Shown in pieces: positions 11,775 to 24,454 of a DNA stretch of 64,000 nucleotides; position 1 is the stretch's first letter, and the number at the start of each line of letters is the position of its first letter. Where the stretch lies: the NCBI GenBank assembly GCA_907165135.1, contig OU015566.1, forward strand, positions 6,014,001 to 6,078,000, written 5' to 3'. The notes beneath the pieces are model-generated. The model did no database searches. It was given only the letters and a program-made list of their open reading frames with translations, and was not told the origin of the DNA. The stretch is from Oikopleura dioica (Eukaryota > Animalia > Chordata). Made by a program: the position numbers and the translations under genes.

Positions 11775-13136
11775 ATGCGCCTGATCCAGCTGATCCTCCT
11801 TCTGCTCCTGTCTCATGAATTATCCGATTTGCCGAATATCTGTCTGTTTAATTAAGGATTCCAAGGAACTCGCCTTTACTCTTTTTGCGGCAGTCGTTTT
11901 TGATGAGCAGCAGTTGTTCTCCGAGTCAGCTACTAAATACTTTGATAGATTGAGTTTTGGCACCTTGGGCAAGTTGTCTCAACTGGAAATCCGTCATCCA
12001 ATTCGATTCGCCCTCAGGGGAGTGTCTGACCAAGTTAATAAAACACTCATGAATTATACTTATCCTCGCCTGACTGATTTATTTTCATTTTTTTTCTCAT
12101 TTGCTACTGGCCCCTTTTTCGAAGAAATTGATATTCTGGCTCAAAAATGGTCGATTTGAGGTTGAAAATCTGGTCGAAGATCGTCAATTTTCGCTTTTTT
12201 AAATGACATCGGCTAATTGGCCAATCAGAAACTTCGAAATAAACAATTTAAGATTTATCTTCTTGATTTTCTCGTCTATTTTGGGCATCTCATTTCTAAT
12301 TATTTATGGCACAGCCAACTTTCTAATCCCTTTCTTCAAATTTCAAGGAGAAACCACAATAAAATGTCCGTTGATTTATGATCCCCTTGTCGCGAAATCG
12401 GCAATCGGTTCCAGCTGGAGAACGCGTAGTTGGGCGGTATCTTTTCTGACCTTGCAGAGTTTATTTACAAGCAAAGAGGCTGCTAAAGTCATTGATCGAA
12501 TAACACTTTCAATATGGGTTTCCCACTTTCTTTTTCGTACTTGGGCTTTGCAGCATGTGTACAAAACCGGAGTCAGGGTCCTTAAGAGCTGTAACGAAAA
12601 GCCGCGTAGCGGCTATTTTAAAAAAGGAGACGCGAAGCGGCTTCGCCAAAACTTATGATTTTATTGCGAAGGCTTCGCGGCTTCTTTTCTAAAAAAGCCG
12701 CTAGCGGCTTTTCACTTAAGATTTTTCAGACCCTTACACAGGTTTTTAAAACAACGCTTACCCTAACCCTTACCCAGGAATTAGCAGGATGAGTAAAGAG
12801 ATAAGTTCAAAGAGTTCCATCTTCCCCGAGTTTCTTGAAAGTTTAATTTTCCCTTGTTTCGCTGCAAATATCCTTTGTTGAGGAAAACCCCTATCTGCTC
12901 AAAAATTCAACGCTGATAACTGCCCAGCGCTCCTATGAACCCAAGTATTCATTTTTAACGCGTTCGCCTGTTTCGCTAAATTCTTGAGGTCTTTTATTTT
13001 GTTGATTTATTCATCATCGCCCGAACGGTTGAAAAAAGCTGTACTCGAGGAGATGACGGGGCTGGTGCTTGAATTGCACCCGTGGAAGATCAACAACAGT
13101 CTGATTGAGTTAGCCGCCTTTCCAAACATCACCTGA
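11775..13136 (+). CDS. Putative multi-exon secreted protein of unknown function
   Basis: MRLIQLILLLLLSH leader, open segments at 11860-12035, ~12350-12525 and ~13020-13136 (PERLKKAVLEEMTGLVLELHPWKINNSLIELAAFPNIT-stop); junctions not fully resolved. Confidence 0.3.
12541..12765. mobile_element. CCTGAGTCAGG-family MITE (degenerate)
   Basis: ttgggctttgcagcatgtgtacaaaaccggagtcagggtcc ... gacccttacacaggtttt; internal aagccgc/gcggctt repeats. Confidence 0.7.
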
Positions 13137-13202
13137 TAAAATGATGGAAAAGGTTTTATTCAAAAGCGCTTACAGCAATCAATGTTTCAAGCATTACAAG
13201 TT

Positions 13203-13445
13203 TTAAGGTCATCTGAGAGATATCCTTGTTTAAAAAATCCAATATTAGCATATCGTAGCGACACCCTTAAGAATTCTGCGAGAAATTTGCCCTCGGGCAA
13301 CTATCAAGCTCTATTATTGGTTAAAAATATTTTATGAAATCTTAAGGGTATCAACCCATAATCCATGTTTGAAAACTTCATTCCAAACTCACGGGGGGGG
13401 GTCCTTAACTCAGTTGTTAATTCAGGCCGATCGAACTCGTTCCTG
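13203..13445. repeat. ~230-bp dispersed repeat of TTAA-bounded modules; second copy at 29173-29405
   Basis: ttaaggtcatctgagaga...aatattagcatatcg...tagcgacacccttaa...aaatcttaagggtatcaacccataatcca...ggggtcctta is colinear at both sites; a partial copy lies at ~16340-16405. Confidence 0.8.
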
Positions 13446-13544
13446 TGGAAAACCTGTGTCAGGGTCTGAAAGTTCTCTACGCGGCTTCTCATAGAGATCT
13501 TTTTGACCCTGACTCATGTTTCCCACACAGGTCGTCTAGCCCAA
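13432..13544. mobile_element. CCTGAGTCAGG-family MITE
   Basis: cctgtggaaaacctgtgtcagggtc ... gaccctgactcatgtttcccacacaggtcgtctagcccaa. Confidence 0.7.
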
Positions 13545-13852
13545 ATCAAGGTGTTTCTTCAAAGTTAAGATAGATACACCCTTATTTAAGAAGTGAGACG
13601 CTAATGCGTCGGGAGATGCTGACAACGACGACGCGCATTATCGACATCACAAATAAGCCGCAATTAAATTTGCGCTCGCGCCCGTTGAGAATGGCGCCTA
13701 ATTCATTATAAAATTATGATGTTAACTGAATTACGGCTGCTCTCAGGAGAGGCGAAAATAATGAATAAAAGCTCGATAATCTATATTATCTGATTTTCAC
13801 TTCCATAACTATCCAAAAAGATCGACACTAAAAAAGATTGATAATTTTATTT

Positions 13853-13970
13853 GCAAAGCCACTTTGCGGCTTTGTTTGAAAAAAAAGCCGCACCGCGGCT
13901 TTTCAATAATAATCTTTTCGACCCTGAGTCAGGGTCCCTGACTTTAGTTTTCAACACAGGTTGGCCAGCG
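13853..13970. mobile_element. Partial CCTGAGTCAGG-family MITE
   Basis: aagccgcaccgcggctt palindromes followed by gaccctgagtcagggtc...aacacaggttggcc. Confidence 0.6.
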
Positions 13971-15144
13971 TAGCTATTACTAGCATTACTGTATTGGCAC
14001 TGCATCACAGTATCAAAATGACAAGACAACAGTACTGAAAAAACGACTCGACAGTACTTCATTTAAACAGTTATCATCTTCAGATCAGGATGTCGCAAAG
14101 AAGCTGTCAGGCCACTTTATTTGTGTAAATTAAAGATCTTTAGCAGGAGCTAAACGGCGCGCGTTTAACTTCCTCTTTTGAATATAAATGACTGGACAGA
14201 TGTGAAATAAGTACCGACGTGTCGTATGGGGAGCGTGACATCGCTTGTCATGGGCGCTGCGCCGCGGGCGAGTGCGACACCTCCCTCGAGGACAATTCCA
14301 AAACCGAATTTTTCCTAAAGAGCGACGCCTTTATCTCTCCTTTTTTCTCCTGAGCACAAAACCCAATCCATAGATTGTGGAAGGCGCTAATTACGCGCGC
14401 CGCACAAAGGACAAACTTTTGAAAAAGAAACTGTCGAATGAACCCGAGCAAGAACTGAAAGAGCGAATAGATAATAGTAAGAGACAAATGATTACTCCAG
14501 ATCTGGATAGAAGAGAGTTGTGCTGAATGGGAACAAAAAGAAGGAAACGAGCAGCATGTCAGGAATGGGCTCAGGAATGAGTTAAAATGAAGCTTTTCGA
14601 TTATAATTAATAAAAATAAAATAATAAATGAGTGAAATAAATTAATAGTTTTTAATATTTCTCTCATATTTTTGATGTTTTCCGGAAAAACTCAAAAATT
14701 TCTAAGGACTCAAATTTTTTGTCCTCTGTACGTCAGGGGGTTAAATTTATAATAACGGCTAAATCAAAGTACAAACTAATTTTTCTGTTTTTTTTTATCA
14801 AATATTATCTTCAAAAACCTTTCATTTGACTAGTGACAGCATTTTAACTTCCCATTTTGTTACTGTTACTACTGTATTATCGTCAAAACAACAACATGAC
14901 AACAGAATTAGCCGGCCTGTGACTGCGTCGAATGAGAATCTTTTGCTCATTTTTCATTAATTTTTCAAGCAAAAATGAAATTGTAATGCTTCTCTCGTAC
15001 TGTTACTCGTACAGTACCGCCATTTGAGAATTGAGATGAATGCACTTAACCGAATTGTGTATATGTAGTTAACTTTGAGCTCGTTATCGATCTCAGATCT
15101 TGCTCGATCCTTTTTTACTTTAAAAATTTGGAGCTCCAAAAAAG

Positions 15145-17730
15145 GTTTTGATTTTTCTTGGTTCCTTTTCTAATTTCGTCTTGCAACTACTGGTCACTGT
15201 CTGGCCGACATGGGTCAGGCTCGTTCCAAAAGATACCAACAAATTTACTCATCAGGTTTGTCTTTCCCCCGTTTTTTCTGTTTCAAGGGATTCTAGGGCG
15301 CCATGCTTGGATTATGGAGGGGATGTACTCGGTACCTCCCTGGATCGTACATGTGCATGGATGAGTTTCCAGAGGAAGAAGTGTTGTCAACGGACGAAGA
15401 CTCTTCCGAGAACCCCTGTAAGTTATTTATCAATTCTTAAGGGCGTCGTCATCCCTTATTAGCTTTTCCTGTGGATTTTTCTCCAGACTCTCCAGAGGTC
15501 AAAATGAAGACAATTTTTTTCAGCTGATTTAATCAAAACATTAGTTTAAAACTCGCTGATAACTTATCAGTCTTATTAGTGATAAGTCACAGAGTTATTT
15601 TTTTCATTCAAAGCTGTCTAGGGTAGTAAATTATGTTTTGCGAGAGTCGAAGTTGGGCGGCAGTAAAACGAGGAGATCGATTGATTTGCTTTGATTGAAG
15701 TTATCGATTCTGCTGTGAGTAAGCTGCTTGCGCCTGGCTCAGCTCATTAGCAACTTGCTCCAGAGTAGGATCAAGGTTAAATGATCATCTGCGCCTCTTC
15801 AACTCTCAAGCAAGGTTAACTGCGAAGTCATTGATTGATTTCCTCTGTTCAGACTCGCTGAAGACGATGCGCGTGCTCATGCTCGTCTCCGTCGTCCTTT
15901 CCGGCCTCTCGAACGTCACTGCCTTAGCCGGATACGAGTGCATCACCTTATCCAGCAACAACTACAAATTCCGCAGGCGGTGCGCACGCTTCAGCGGCTT
16001 CCTCATGTTTCTGTCAGGTACAATCAACTTCAAAACAAGGAAATTAGAAGTTTTAATTATTTGCGCCGTCTGTGCGAATAGTTGCGCCGAGGTCAGCGTC
16101 TGACTTAGCTCGACAGCTAGGCGCATTTATCGACAGTTACGCTTTCGGGCTATCAGCACACGCCTGGGGCGAAATGTCGATGAATCGCTTATTTTCGAGT
16201 CAAGGGGATTATAATCGTAAACTAGTCTACAAGCTCTTTTTTCTTAAATTAACATAGTGACGCCCTTATTTTAAAAAGAGTCCCCGCTGGATTTAAGGAC
16301 CCCCTCTCCATAAAAATTTAAAAAGACCGATTTTTGAAAAATCTTAAGGGTATCAACCCAAACTTGAATTTTGAAAATTTTATCCCAAAATTAAAAAAAG
16401 GACCTTATTTGAATTAAGGGCGTCACTATGTTATTTCAAAAAATCATCATACTTTTAATCTTTTCTTCAAGGAGTGTGCAGCATTGTCGCCATGTCATAT
16501 TTCTCCTCCGGGCTCTTCGAAAAGTCCTTCAAGCCATTACAGACACAACTAACTGTACAGTACTCGTCATTGAAGAATGAAGACTTCAACATTGTGTGGA
16601 CAAACATTTTGTACATTGCCTGGAGCAGCAGGTAAAAGATTCAAAAGAAGCAGAGCTCAATGCGCTCCATCAAAAGGGCTTTAATCATTTGTCATTGCGA
16701 GAATGAAATCCAAAGGAGGAAAATTATTTATTTAGCACGTTGGGCGTTCTTTGCGGAATTTGTCTTTGCTGTCTGGCGGGATCAATGTACGAGTCCTTGG
16801 AGACTACCGAGCTACTTAAGGTTTGATTTATTGCCACTTTATTGGGCCACAGCAAATCATATAACACCATCTGCACCTTTCTTTTCCAAAACAGCAGCTT
16901 TCGGGCTCAACTTTTTGTAGAACTTCAAAAGTGCAACTACTTAACCTTCAGACACGCGCCTACGGTCATGAGCTCGAAGCCTCTTATCGTCAACTTGCCG
17001 CACAGAAGGCCGCTGAATCTGAGCTTAACTCGCCTCAGGAGGGAGCGAAAGTTGGACATATTCGTACGCTTCAGCATCAAGGCCGCCCTAGGTAAAGGCA
17101 TTTCCAAAAATGCGTAGAGAGGGGCTATCATTCGAGCCTATGATTTGAGCCATCGAAAATCTCTAGAATCTGGGCTAGTGGTTAGGGTTAGGGTTAGGGA
17201 ACTGGGGTTCCGGGGGGTTAGGGGCTTTAGGCCCTAGGTGGGGGGTCTAGGGGGGCATAGCCCCCTGGGTAAGGTTTGGGGTTAGGGGCAGCTCGAATGA
17301 TAACCCCCTTCTACTCAAAAAAATGGGCAATCTTGCCACCCAAAATACCAATTTCAAATTTAGAAGAATCCGCAATCGTCAAAATGGATCCGTCCCTCCT
17401 AATCTGGCCAATTCAAAAATGTCTAATCACGTGGCAAAACCAGTGCTCCGGCACCAAGAAAGTGTGGAAACTCTTTCGTCTGAGGGACCCCTCTCGTTCG
17501 CCTTGCCAAAGCCAAGGGATCTCCATCAGGTTCAAATTGAAATTCATGTCAATTATTATAATTGCTTTCAGCCGGAGGACTTGACTGATTGCGACATTGA
17601 AACGTCACTCGCGGTCGGGGCGTGCTCCCTGCTTCCAAAAACCGTCGGCTCGCTCGAACGCGACTCCTCGACGAAAAGAAATCAAATGACTGAAGAACCC
17701 AACAACTACGTCATGGATGGATATGTTTAA
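15145..17730 (+). CDS. Claudin with a long cytoplasmic tail; start codon probably upstream and not located
   Basis: TVWPTW, GAMLGLWRGCTRYLPGSYMC (claudin W-GLW-C-C signature), four hydrophobic segments, C-terminal DGYV-stop; multiple short GT-AG introns. Confidence 0.85.
16250..16433. mobile_element. TA-flanked MITE (Tc1/mariner-type ends) in a claudin intron
   Basis: Perfect inverted taacatagtgacgccctta / taagggcgtcactatgtta including terminal TA; contains a ttaagggtatcaaccc module. Confidence 0.8.
17179..17290 (+). repeat. Telomere-like, G-quadruplex-prone tract in a claudin intron
   Basis: ggttagggttagggttagggaactggggttccggggggttagggg...ggggttagggg. Confidence 0.8.
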
Positions 17731-17912
17731 AACAACTGTAAATTTTAATTAAGAAAAAGTTAACTACTTATTTATTTGACCTCAACTGACCTCAAATAAT
17801 AAAAATCAAAAAGACGAATTGAATGATTTTTTATTATTTCTGAAAATTTCACTCGTTTCACATCAAGGAGCAAGATTCTTGGAGCTTTTCGAGAAGCGGT
17901 TTTTCCATGTCT

Positions 17913-18835
17913 TCAGGTCGGACGTCGTGTTCTAAGAAACGAGTACCGATACGACGCTTTTCCATGGCCGCCAAGCGATGTGCTGAAAAGGGGATGAGCA
18001 TAATGGTGGGAATGGGGAATTGGCTTACCGATGACCATATGCTCCTCTTTTGAGTGATTCGAGCTTGTTGGGATGTTCATTTGGGTTCTTCTTCGTTGCT
18101 AAAGAAATTTTCATAAATCATAAAGCTTAAATATATTTTTCTAATATTATCAAATTTCTTACTAATTTAGTAATACTTAATCTTAAAATTATTAACTGGA
18201 CTGGGCAACCTGTGTATAAGTCCTGAGTCAGGGTCTGACAGTATTTTCTCATTTTTCATTGGAGATCTTACACACCCTGACTCAGGTTCTTGTACACAGG
18301 TTACCGAACTCAGATAACAAAACCCAACGAAATTTCTTTTTGACTTCCAATCAGGGCTGTTGATTTCGAGTCCTTTCAAATTACCCGCGACTTTTTTCCG
18401 GGTAACCCGCAAGTTTTTACGCGTTTTTACGCTTAACAATAATTACTCGGGCTGCCTTATAATAGGTGAAAATATTTTTGTGAGATTAATAGACACCTAA
18501 ATGGTTTTTTTAGTCGCGGGTAATCCGAAAGGACCCGGAATCAACAGCCCTGCTTCCAATTGAAAAAAACTTCTTGTCACCAGAAGACATTTTCTTTAAT
18601 CCGTTAAATTAGTATGATCTTTACTTGAATTTGTTTGTATTCAGCGATCGTAGAAGTTTTTCTCCAAAAATCAAGCGTCGCAGATCTGGGATTAGTATGA
18701 TGTGGGCTGACTCCTCTTCTCATCATTCTTTCTCTAAATTTTCCTTAGAATTCTCTGTTTCTGAGGTTATCTCTTACTCTTCTGAAACTTCATAACCCAG
18801 CCAAATATTCGGTTCTGCCAAAGCCGCCATAATTA
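17913..18835 (-). CDS. Small multi-exon gene of unknown function
   Basis: GT-AG-joinable segments YGGFWQNRIFGWVMKFQK / RGVSPHHTNPRSATLDFWRKTSTIAEYKQIQ / KMSSATKKNPNEHPNKLESLKRGAYGHR / TSLGGHGKASYRYSFLRTRRPT-stop; reading frame of the last exons is ambiguous. Confidence 0.35.
18196..18313. mobile_element. CCTGAGTCAGG-family MITE
   Basis: gggcaacctgtgtataagtcctgagtcagggt ... accctgactcaggttcttgtacacaggttacc. Confidence 0.85.
18352..18552. mobile_element. 201-bp hAT-type MITE
   Basis: 8-bp TSD cttccaat (18344-18351, 18553-18560); ~41-bp TIR cagggctgttgatttcgagtcctttcaaattacccgcgact / agtcgcgggtaatccgaaaggacccggaatcaacagccctg. Confidence 0.92.
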
Positions 18836-19113
18836 GTTCTAAAAATTTATTTCCTTCTTAAAAATCGCTTTTCTCGCGTTTGAGGCGCTTGAATCGGATG
18901 AAAAGGCGGTTAACCGGCGGTAGAGCGGCAGCGGCGGGGGCGAAAAGTCGACTGCGGTTTAGAACCAGAAACCCAAAATATGATCCAGATCAGAAAGCCC
19001 GATCATCCGGTTAAGACCAAGATCAGATTTGCGCGGATAATCACTCGGACATGAGAAGCGCTGATTTGCTGAGACGAGAATTTTTTTACGCGACGCGAAG
19101 TTTTTTTATTTAA

Positions 19114-21060
19114 TCATTTTAAAATCGTAATAGTTCTCTGAACCAACATGCAGAAAGTTTGTAAAAATGTCATTACTAGAAATGGGAATAAGTAAAGCAG
19201 TTTTAAAATTTTCGATCTCGGAGTTGCATAAATTTTAATGATGACGGCAAAAGAATGAAGACGAAATTGGCGAGAATCGTGATTGCGGCAATTTTGTTCC
19301 TGAAAGTCTCCGATTAAATAAGTTTGAAAATTCAAAGGTCACCTAAATTTTTTGAGGTCCTTCTCCAATTTTTCAGTGCTCTCTTTCTTTTTCGCGTCTG
19401 ACAAGGGACTGAGATCACCAACTTCAGGGTTGAGCATTTTTGCCCAGAATTTTTCCTCCTTTGGATCGGAAAATGAAGAAAATTTTTGGCCGCTGATTTT
19501 CATAAAGTAGTCATTCTTCGTCGCGGCAATGTGTTCGTAAATAGAAGTGTCTTGATAATCGGATGACGTGCATCGAGTTCCCCAACTGATATTGTTCATA
19601 TTCGCGATCATATAAATCTAGGAAGATGTTTTTACATGGATTTTTTCTTTAGAAAAAATGAGTCGAAAAAAACCTGAAGAAAAATCGCATTCATTGGAAT
19701 ATAAAGAGCATAAATGACGCTACTGAAAAAGCTCTTGAAATCAACGAAAAGTATCGTTGATATCAAATTAATAGCCGCTATCGCAAAAACTGTCAGGACA
19801 AGAGGGTCCAAATAAAGCTTCAGAATCCAGAAATTAGGGAAGACAAAAGGAAGAACCAGCAAGCATGCGTAGAATATGGAAAAAATCTTTGCTGCCAGCA
19901 ATTTTAATTTTTCCAAATCAGTTGCGCAGAGGATTGAATACAAAATAACGGGAAGAAAAACAATGGCGAAGGCTTCCCATCTTGATAAGTAAGCAACAGC
20001 AGATATTTCAAGCAAATTTAAAGCTTCGATTCGTAGTCAATTCTAGCGCCAGAGAGAAGAATTAGAGTGCAAAGATATCTGTCCTCTCCCTGATCAAATA
20101 TAAGTTTTGTCCTCGCATCTGATGCTTCTTTCGCATAATTGCTCAAGACACTCTTTATCGTGGAAATTCTCAGTAGGCTAAAACAACCAGGCGAGCATAA
20201 AACAGAGCCAAGAAGCTGCTCAGTTGACTTTTGAAACCAATGTTGTATTGCGTACTCGAAATGCTGAGACCAAACCATTGGTCCTAACAATTTGTTAGTA
20301 ACAAACCTATTTTTCCAATCAAAAAATGATTTTTACCAGTTCCGTTTGGTTGAATTTGATTGCAACAAGCGCCGATTTCAGATGATCTCAGCATTCTTGA
20401 GAGAACAAGGTCGAAATCCTTCGGTTGAAAATCAACATCTCCATCCAGCGCTAGAATAAACGAATTTTCCTCTTCAACTCTTTTATCACTTGAGTCTTGC
20501 AGCTTTGAAAAGATAAAATTTTGACAAAATAAGGCAATTTGTTTATAATTGAAAACTTAAGTCATATTATGCAACCTTTCCTGTTCCTGTCCCATTTTCC
20601 AGTTGCAGAGATAATTCATGTACATAACTTGCGACCATCTTTTTCCTCTCTTGATTTTTTCCGAATCTTTCAAATGAATAGTCAGCTCAGTTCCGAAAGC
20701 ACAGAAATCGATTCGCCCTCCATAAGGCGTTTCGCTTAGTCCTCCTTGATTTCTGGAACTATCTTCGTCATTTTCGACCAAAATTCTTTGAAGAATTCCC
20801 AAGTAATGATTGACCCATTTATTTGTTTCCTTCCCAAATGCGGCTTTTTGAAAAGAATCGTCGAAAAATAAATGAATTTCAAGCTGAAACCCGGTTTTTG
20901 GGTTATTTTTCTTGTGCTTTATCAACCTGAAAGAAACGAAATAATTACTTAAAAGTAAAGCTTACCGAAGAAGCGACTTGGTAAGCGTTTCCATTTCGAT
21001 TTCATTCTCATGCCACAGTGGAACACAAACATATATAAAAGGTGCGCCTTCAATTTTTCT
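19114..21060 (-). pseudogene. CHS: Chitin synthase (GT2), lacking the QRRRW-containing segment; pseudogene or catalytically dead as assembled
   Basis: VPLWHE, TPYGGR, KRWSQVMY, LDGDVDF, GPMVWSQHFEYAIQHWFQKSTEQLLGSVLCSPGCFSLLR, QGEDR and SWGTR all present; after IDYE a TAA stop and frame change lead directly into TM helices. Confidence 0.75.
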
Positions 21061-22365
21061 CTTTGTACTTTTATGAACTTCTTCAGGCATTTTTCCGCAA
21101 AAGCCTTTTTCGTAAAAGTCGCTCATTCTAACCAAAAATCGTTTCCGCTTTTTATCTTTTGCTAGGAAATTTTCGCAAACTGTTCCTAAAATTTGGTCGA
21201 CACCGCTGATTCTTTGCCAAAATACCGTTTCTTATATTGCAGCTAAAGGCATCATAGTCTTTTATTTATAGACGAGGGTTAATTTGAGTACCAACCAAAA
21301 TTTGCTAACTAGGCTTCTATTTTCTCCTCAAAACGTGGCGCGGGCGTTGAAGCTTTGGGTATTTGAATTGTTTTCGGTAAAACGGCATAAGACAAAACAA
21401 TTTCAATTCCTTTCCTGATACGGCTTCCTTTTAGAAGAAGTTGTTTTGAAATAGTAAAATTGAATAATGGTCCATTTTTGAAAAAGCACGTTTCTAAAGC
21501 AGCTCTTCCTCGACAATTGCAACCACAGAACACTCCAGTTTTAACGAGAACAAGTAGAAAAGAGCTCTTGAATTTAGATGGGTGGGCGGTGTTCACTACT
21601 TTCACGTTCCTCTCTTCATCAGTTCCGGAAAGTTCAATTTTGAATTTTGAAAGCGAAATCAGAAGAATTTTAGACTACTAAACTGCTAATCGATTCTATG
21701 AAAATATCAGGTTGAAATTTTGAGGAAAGAAAATTTATCTCAAATAATAGACAAAATTCGGTGAATTTGAAAAACCCGTAAAACTTTGTCTTTTTTATCA
21801 GAAGGTTAATTAAATTCTTTCATAACGTTGCACTTGTGCTTCAACTTGAAGCCTTCAAGAATGCTGATAAGCCTCCGTGAGGTTGAGCAGCACCGTGCAT
21901 ATTATTTCGCCACACTACACCACCCTTCAGCTTGAGGACGTTGCCGTTTTTAGCACCAGATTGTAAATTTTACAATGTAAAGCACTCTTTATTTTACTAA
22001 AATCATGCTTCAAATTGGAGATGGCGCTTTTGGGGAGCATCAAGAGTTCAGAAAGCCCAAAAATGAGTCGAAATTAACGATTTTTAGGGCCTGGGCAAGC
22101 ATTTTTTTCCTTATTTCTGGGCATGATTCGAAAAAAATCTTATTCTGCTCTCTCGGCTATACCTTTCTCATTTCATATATGACCTTTTGATCACGTGTAT
22201 CTTGTGCTCTTCTTGTTCCAGTGGCGCACCACCGCGGATGCATTGCAAAGAGGTCAGGAGCGCTCCGACACCACCAAACGAAAATGTGTAGCGAACCGCC
22301 TTTAAAAAGGCGCGTCACATTGTCGAAATCATCTTTTTGAGATAAGTTAATAGAAACTTCTCAAA

Positions 22366-24454
22366 ATGAAAATCGACTTTGCGCTTTTTTCCGTCGCTGC
22401 CGCGAGCCATTTTCGAGCCATTGGTTTCGAGGTAAAACTGTAACGATATTTCAGAGATTTTGAGGATTTCCTACATCTTTTCCTTAATTTTAACTTCCGA
22501 AGGAGTAGATCAAGCGAGAACTAATATTCTTCTTTAGTATGAATATGTTCCAGCAGTAAGAGGGAACCCTGTCGATCCTAACTCAGGATCTCCCGCGAAG
22601 ATGGTCGTCACTCGATCAATCGGGTGGCGCCGTGGTCCTAACGCTGATGGCTACACAAACATGTGCCAGGTGGCAGATATAGACACGAACGAATCCACTG
22701 GTAAGCAGGTCCTCGAGAGCATCACAGGACCAGGCTTAGACGAGTCTTTTTGGTCATATTACACCGTAACCAACATCGAGATGGATCCATCAGTCGACGT
22801 CAACTCTCACTGGTGCTTTGGAAGGAAAACTTTCGAGTTTGAGCTACCGGCCGGAACCACGCGATTCGACCACAGAGGCGATGGCTGCTGTACGATCCCC
22901 TTCTCGCTCAATGACGGCACTACGATCGGTCAAGGAAGCTACGGATACAAGTCGATCGTTGAAAATCCACGAAACAGCTCACCACACTTCTTCTCGAGAG
23001 CAATCTGGGTCGTTGCGAAGGGATGCGAGGAACAACACTTCAGCTACTTCGGCAACGAGCCAGGACAAGTCATCCCCGATGTAGATCCGGAGAACGATCG
23101 CATCCGCTGTAGATGGGCGACAAGTGCTGATGGAGTTGGTCGCTTCACGTATGATGAAGCGTCCATGAATGCTTTCGAGCTTGACGAAGACACATGCATT
23201 GTCACTTATCGACCAGAACACGATACTGGCGGCCCAGGAAACAAACCGATCGCTATTATGATCGAGGATCGAGACAGAGCAACTAATGATTTACAGTAAG
23301 AAACATGCTTTTAGTTGACTTTTTTTTAATGTGGTTTTTAGACATGCCGTTCCGTCAATTTTCATCGCGGTAACCTTCGAACCCAACTTAGAAGATGACA
23401 GAAGTTCTGGCAAAAAATTGTATGCAGGACTCATCCCAGAGGACGATGACGATGATCATTATCGACGTCGACGATCCTTTACTGAACAAGCCTACTGCGA
23501 CGGTATGCCACGAATCGAGGTTCGAGAAGACCTCAGCGAACAGAACAGTCTCCACTTCGAATGGCAAGGAAAGTACGGGCCCTCCATCTTTAGAGAGCGA
23601 CGAGACACTGAGTCATCAAATGTGATCACTATCCCTTGGTCCGCTTCCTACAAAGTCGGCGATGAGACGTTCTTCGATGTCCCTCGATTCCAGTTCAGCA
23701 ATCCCTCCGGCATGACCTGTGCTGAATTCGACGAAGACGGCGAGACAACCTGCACGTGGGTGCCGACCGCCGAGCAAGCGATCAAAGGCCATCACTCTCA
23801 TTGCGCAGAAATCTTCGATCCCTACGGTCGACCATCCAACCGCATTTGCATCAACATCATCTTCGATCTTCCCGACTGCCCAGCTGGCTTCAGACTTGTC
23901 GCTGACGGTGATTCGATTGATTGTCAAGACATCGACGAGTGCAAGGTCTCAACCACTTGCGGCGCCAATGAGTCTTGCAAAAACACCGCTGGTGGCTTCG
24001 AGTGCAGCTGCCGTCCTGGCTTCATCGAAGGCGACGATGGAGAATGCGTCTTTGCCGACAATGCGGAGCTTACGCTGCAGCAGTGGGTTGACATGACCTC
24101 CGATGTGCTTGTTGGTCACGGGCGTGCCGGAAAATTCACCAATAGGGTTGAAAAACTCTTTAGAAATGCATTTTATAACCTTAAGGAGGATTGCAAGGTA
24201 GAAAAAATTCTTTCAATGCGAAATATTTTGATTTTTTTTAGACTCCCTTCAACGCTGAAAAATATGGCGGGAGCGATTTCTTCGATTGGAGCGCAGCTCA
24301 CTCTCGATCCGATTTCTACTGCGCGCAGACCACTCAAGTCAAAGAAGGATTCCAGGCTTTCATCGACAACTACTCCTGCACAGATGGCATGAATTCCCGA
24401 CAAGTCCACCGAGTCACCAAATTCCTTGAAAAACTCACCAATCCCTACTGCTAA
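22366..24454 (+). CDS. Secreted protein: Sib/integrin-beta-like region, furin-type site, calcium-binding EGF domain and C-terminal 4-Cys helical domain
   Basis: MKIDFALFSVAAASHFRAIG leader; NSSPHF...DPENDRIRCRWA...AIMIED; RRRRS; DIDECKVSTTCGANESCKNTAGGFECSCRPGF EGF; four coding introns; TAA at 24452-24454. The family label is from recall. Confidence 0.8.

Noticed and set aside
18084-18098. QRRRT as a displaced chitin synthase QRRRW exon
   Set aside because: It lacks the Trp and the flanking EF..QRRRW..ST context, lies 1 kb past the CHS stop, and an alternative frame fits the neighbouring small gene.
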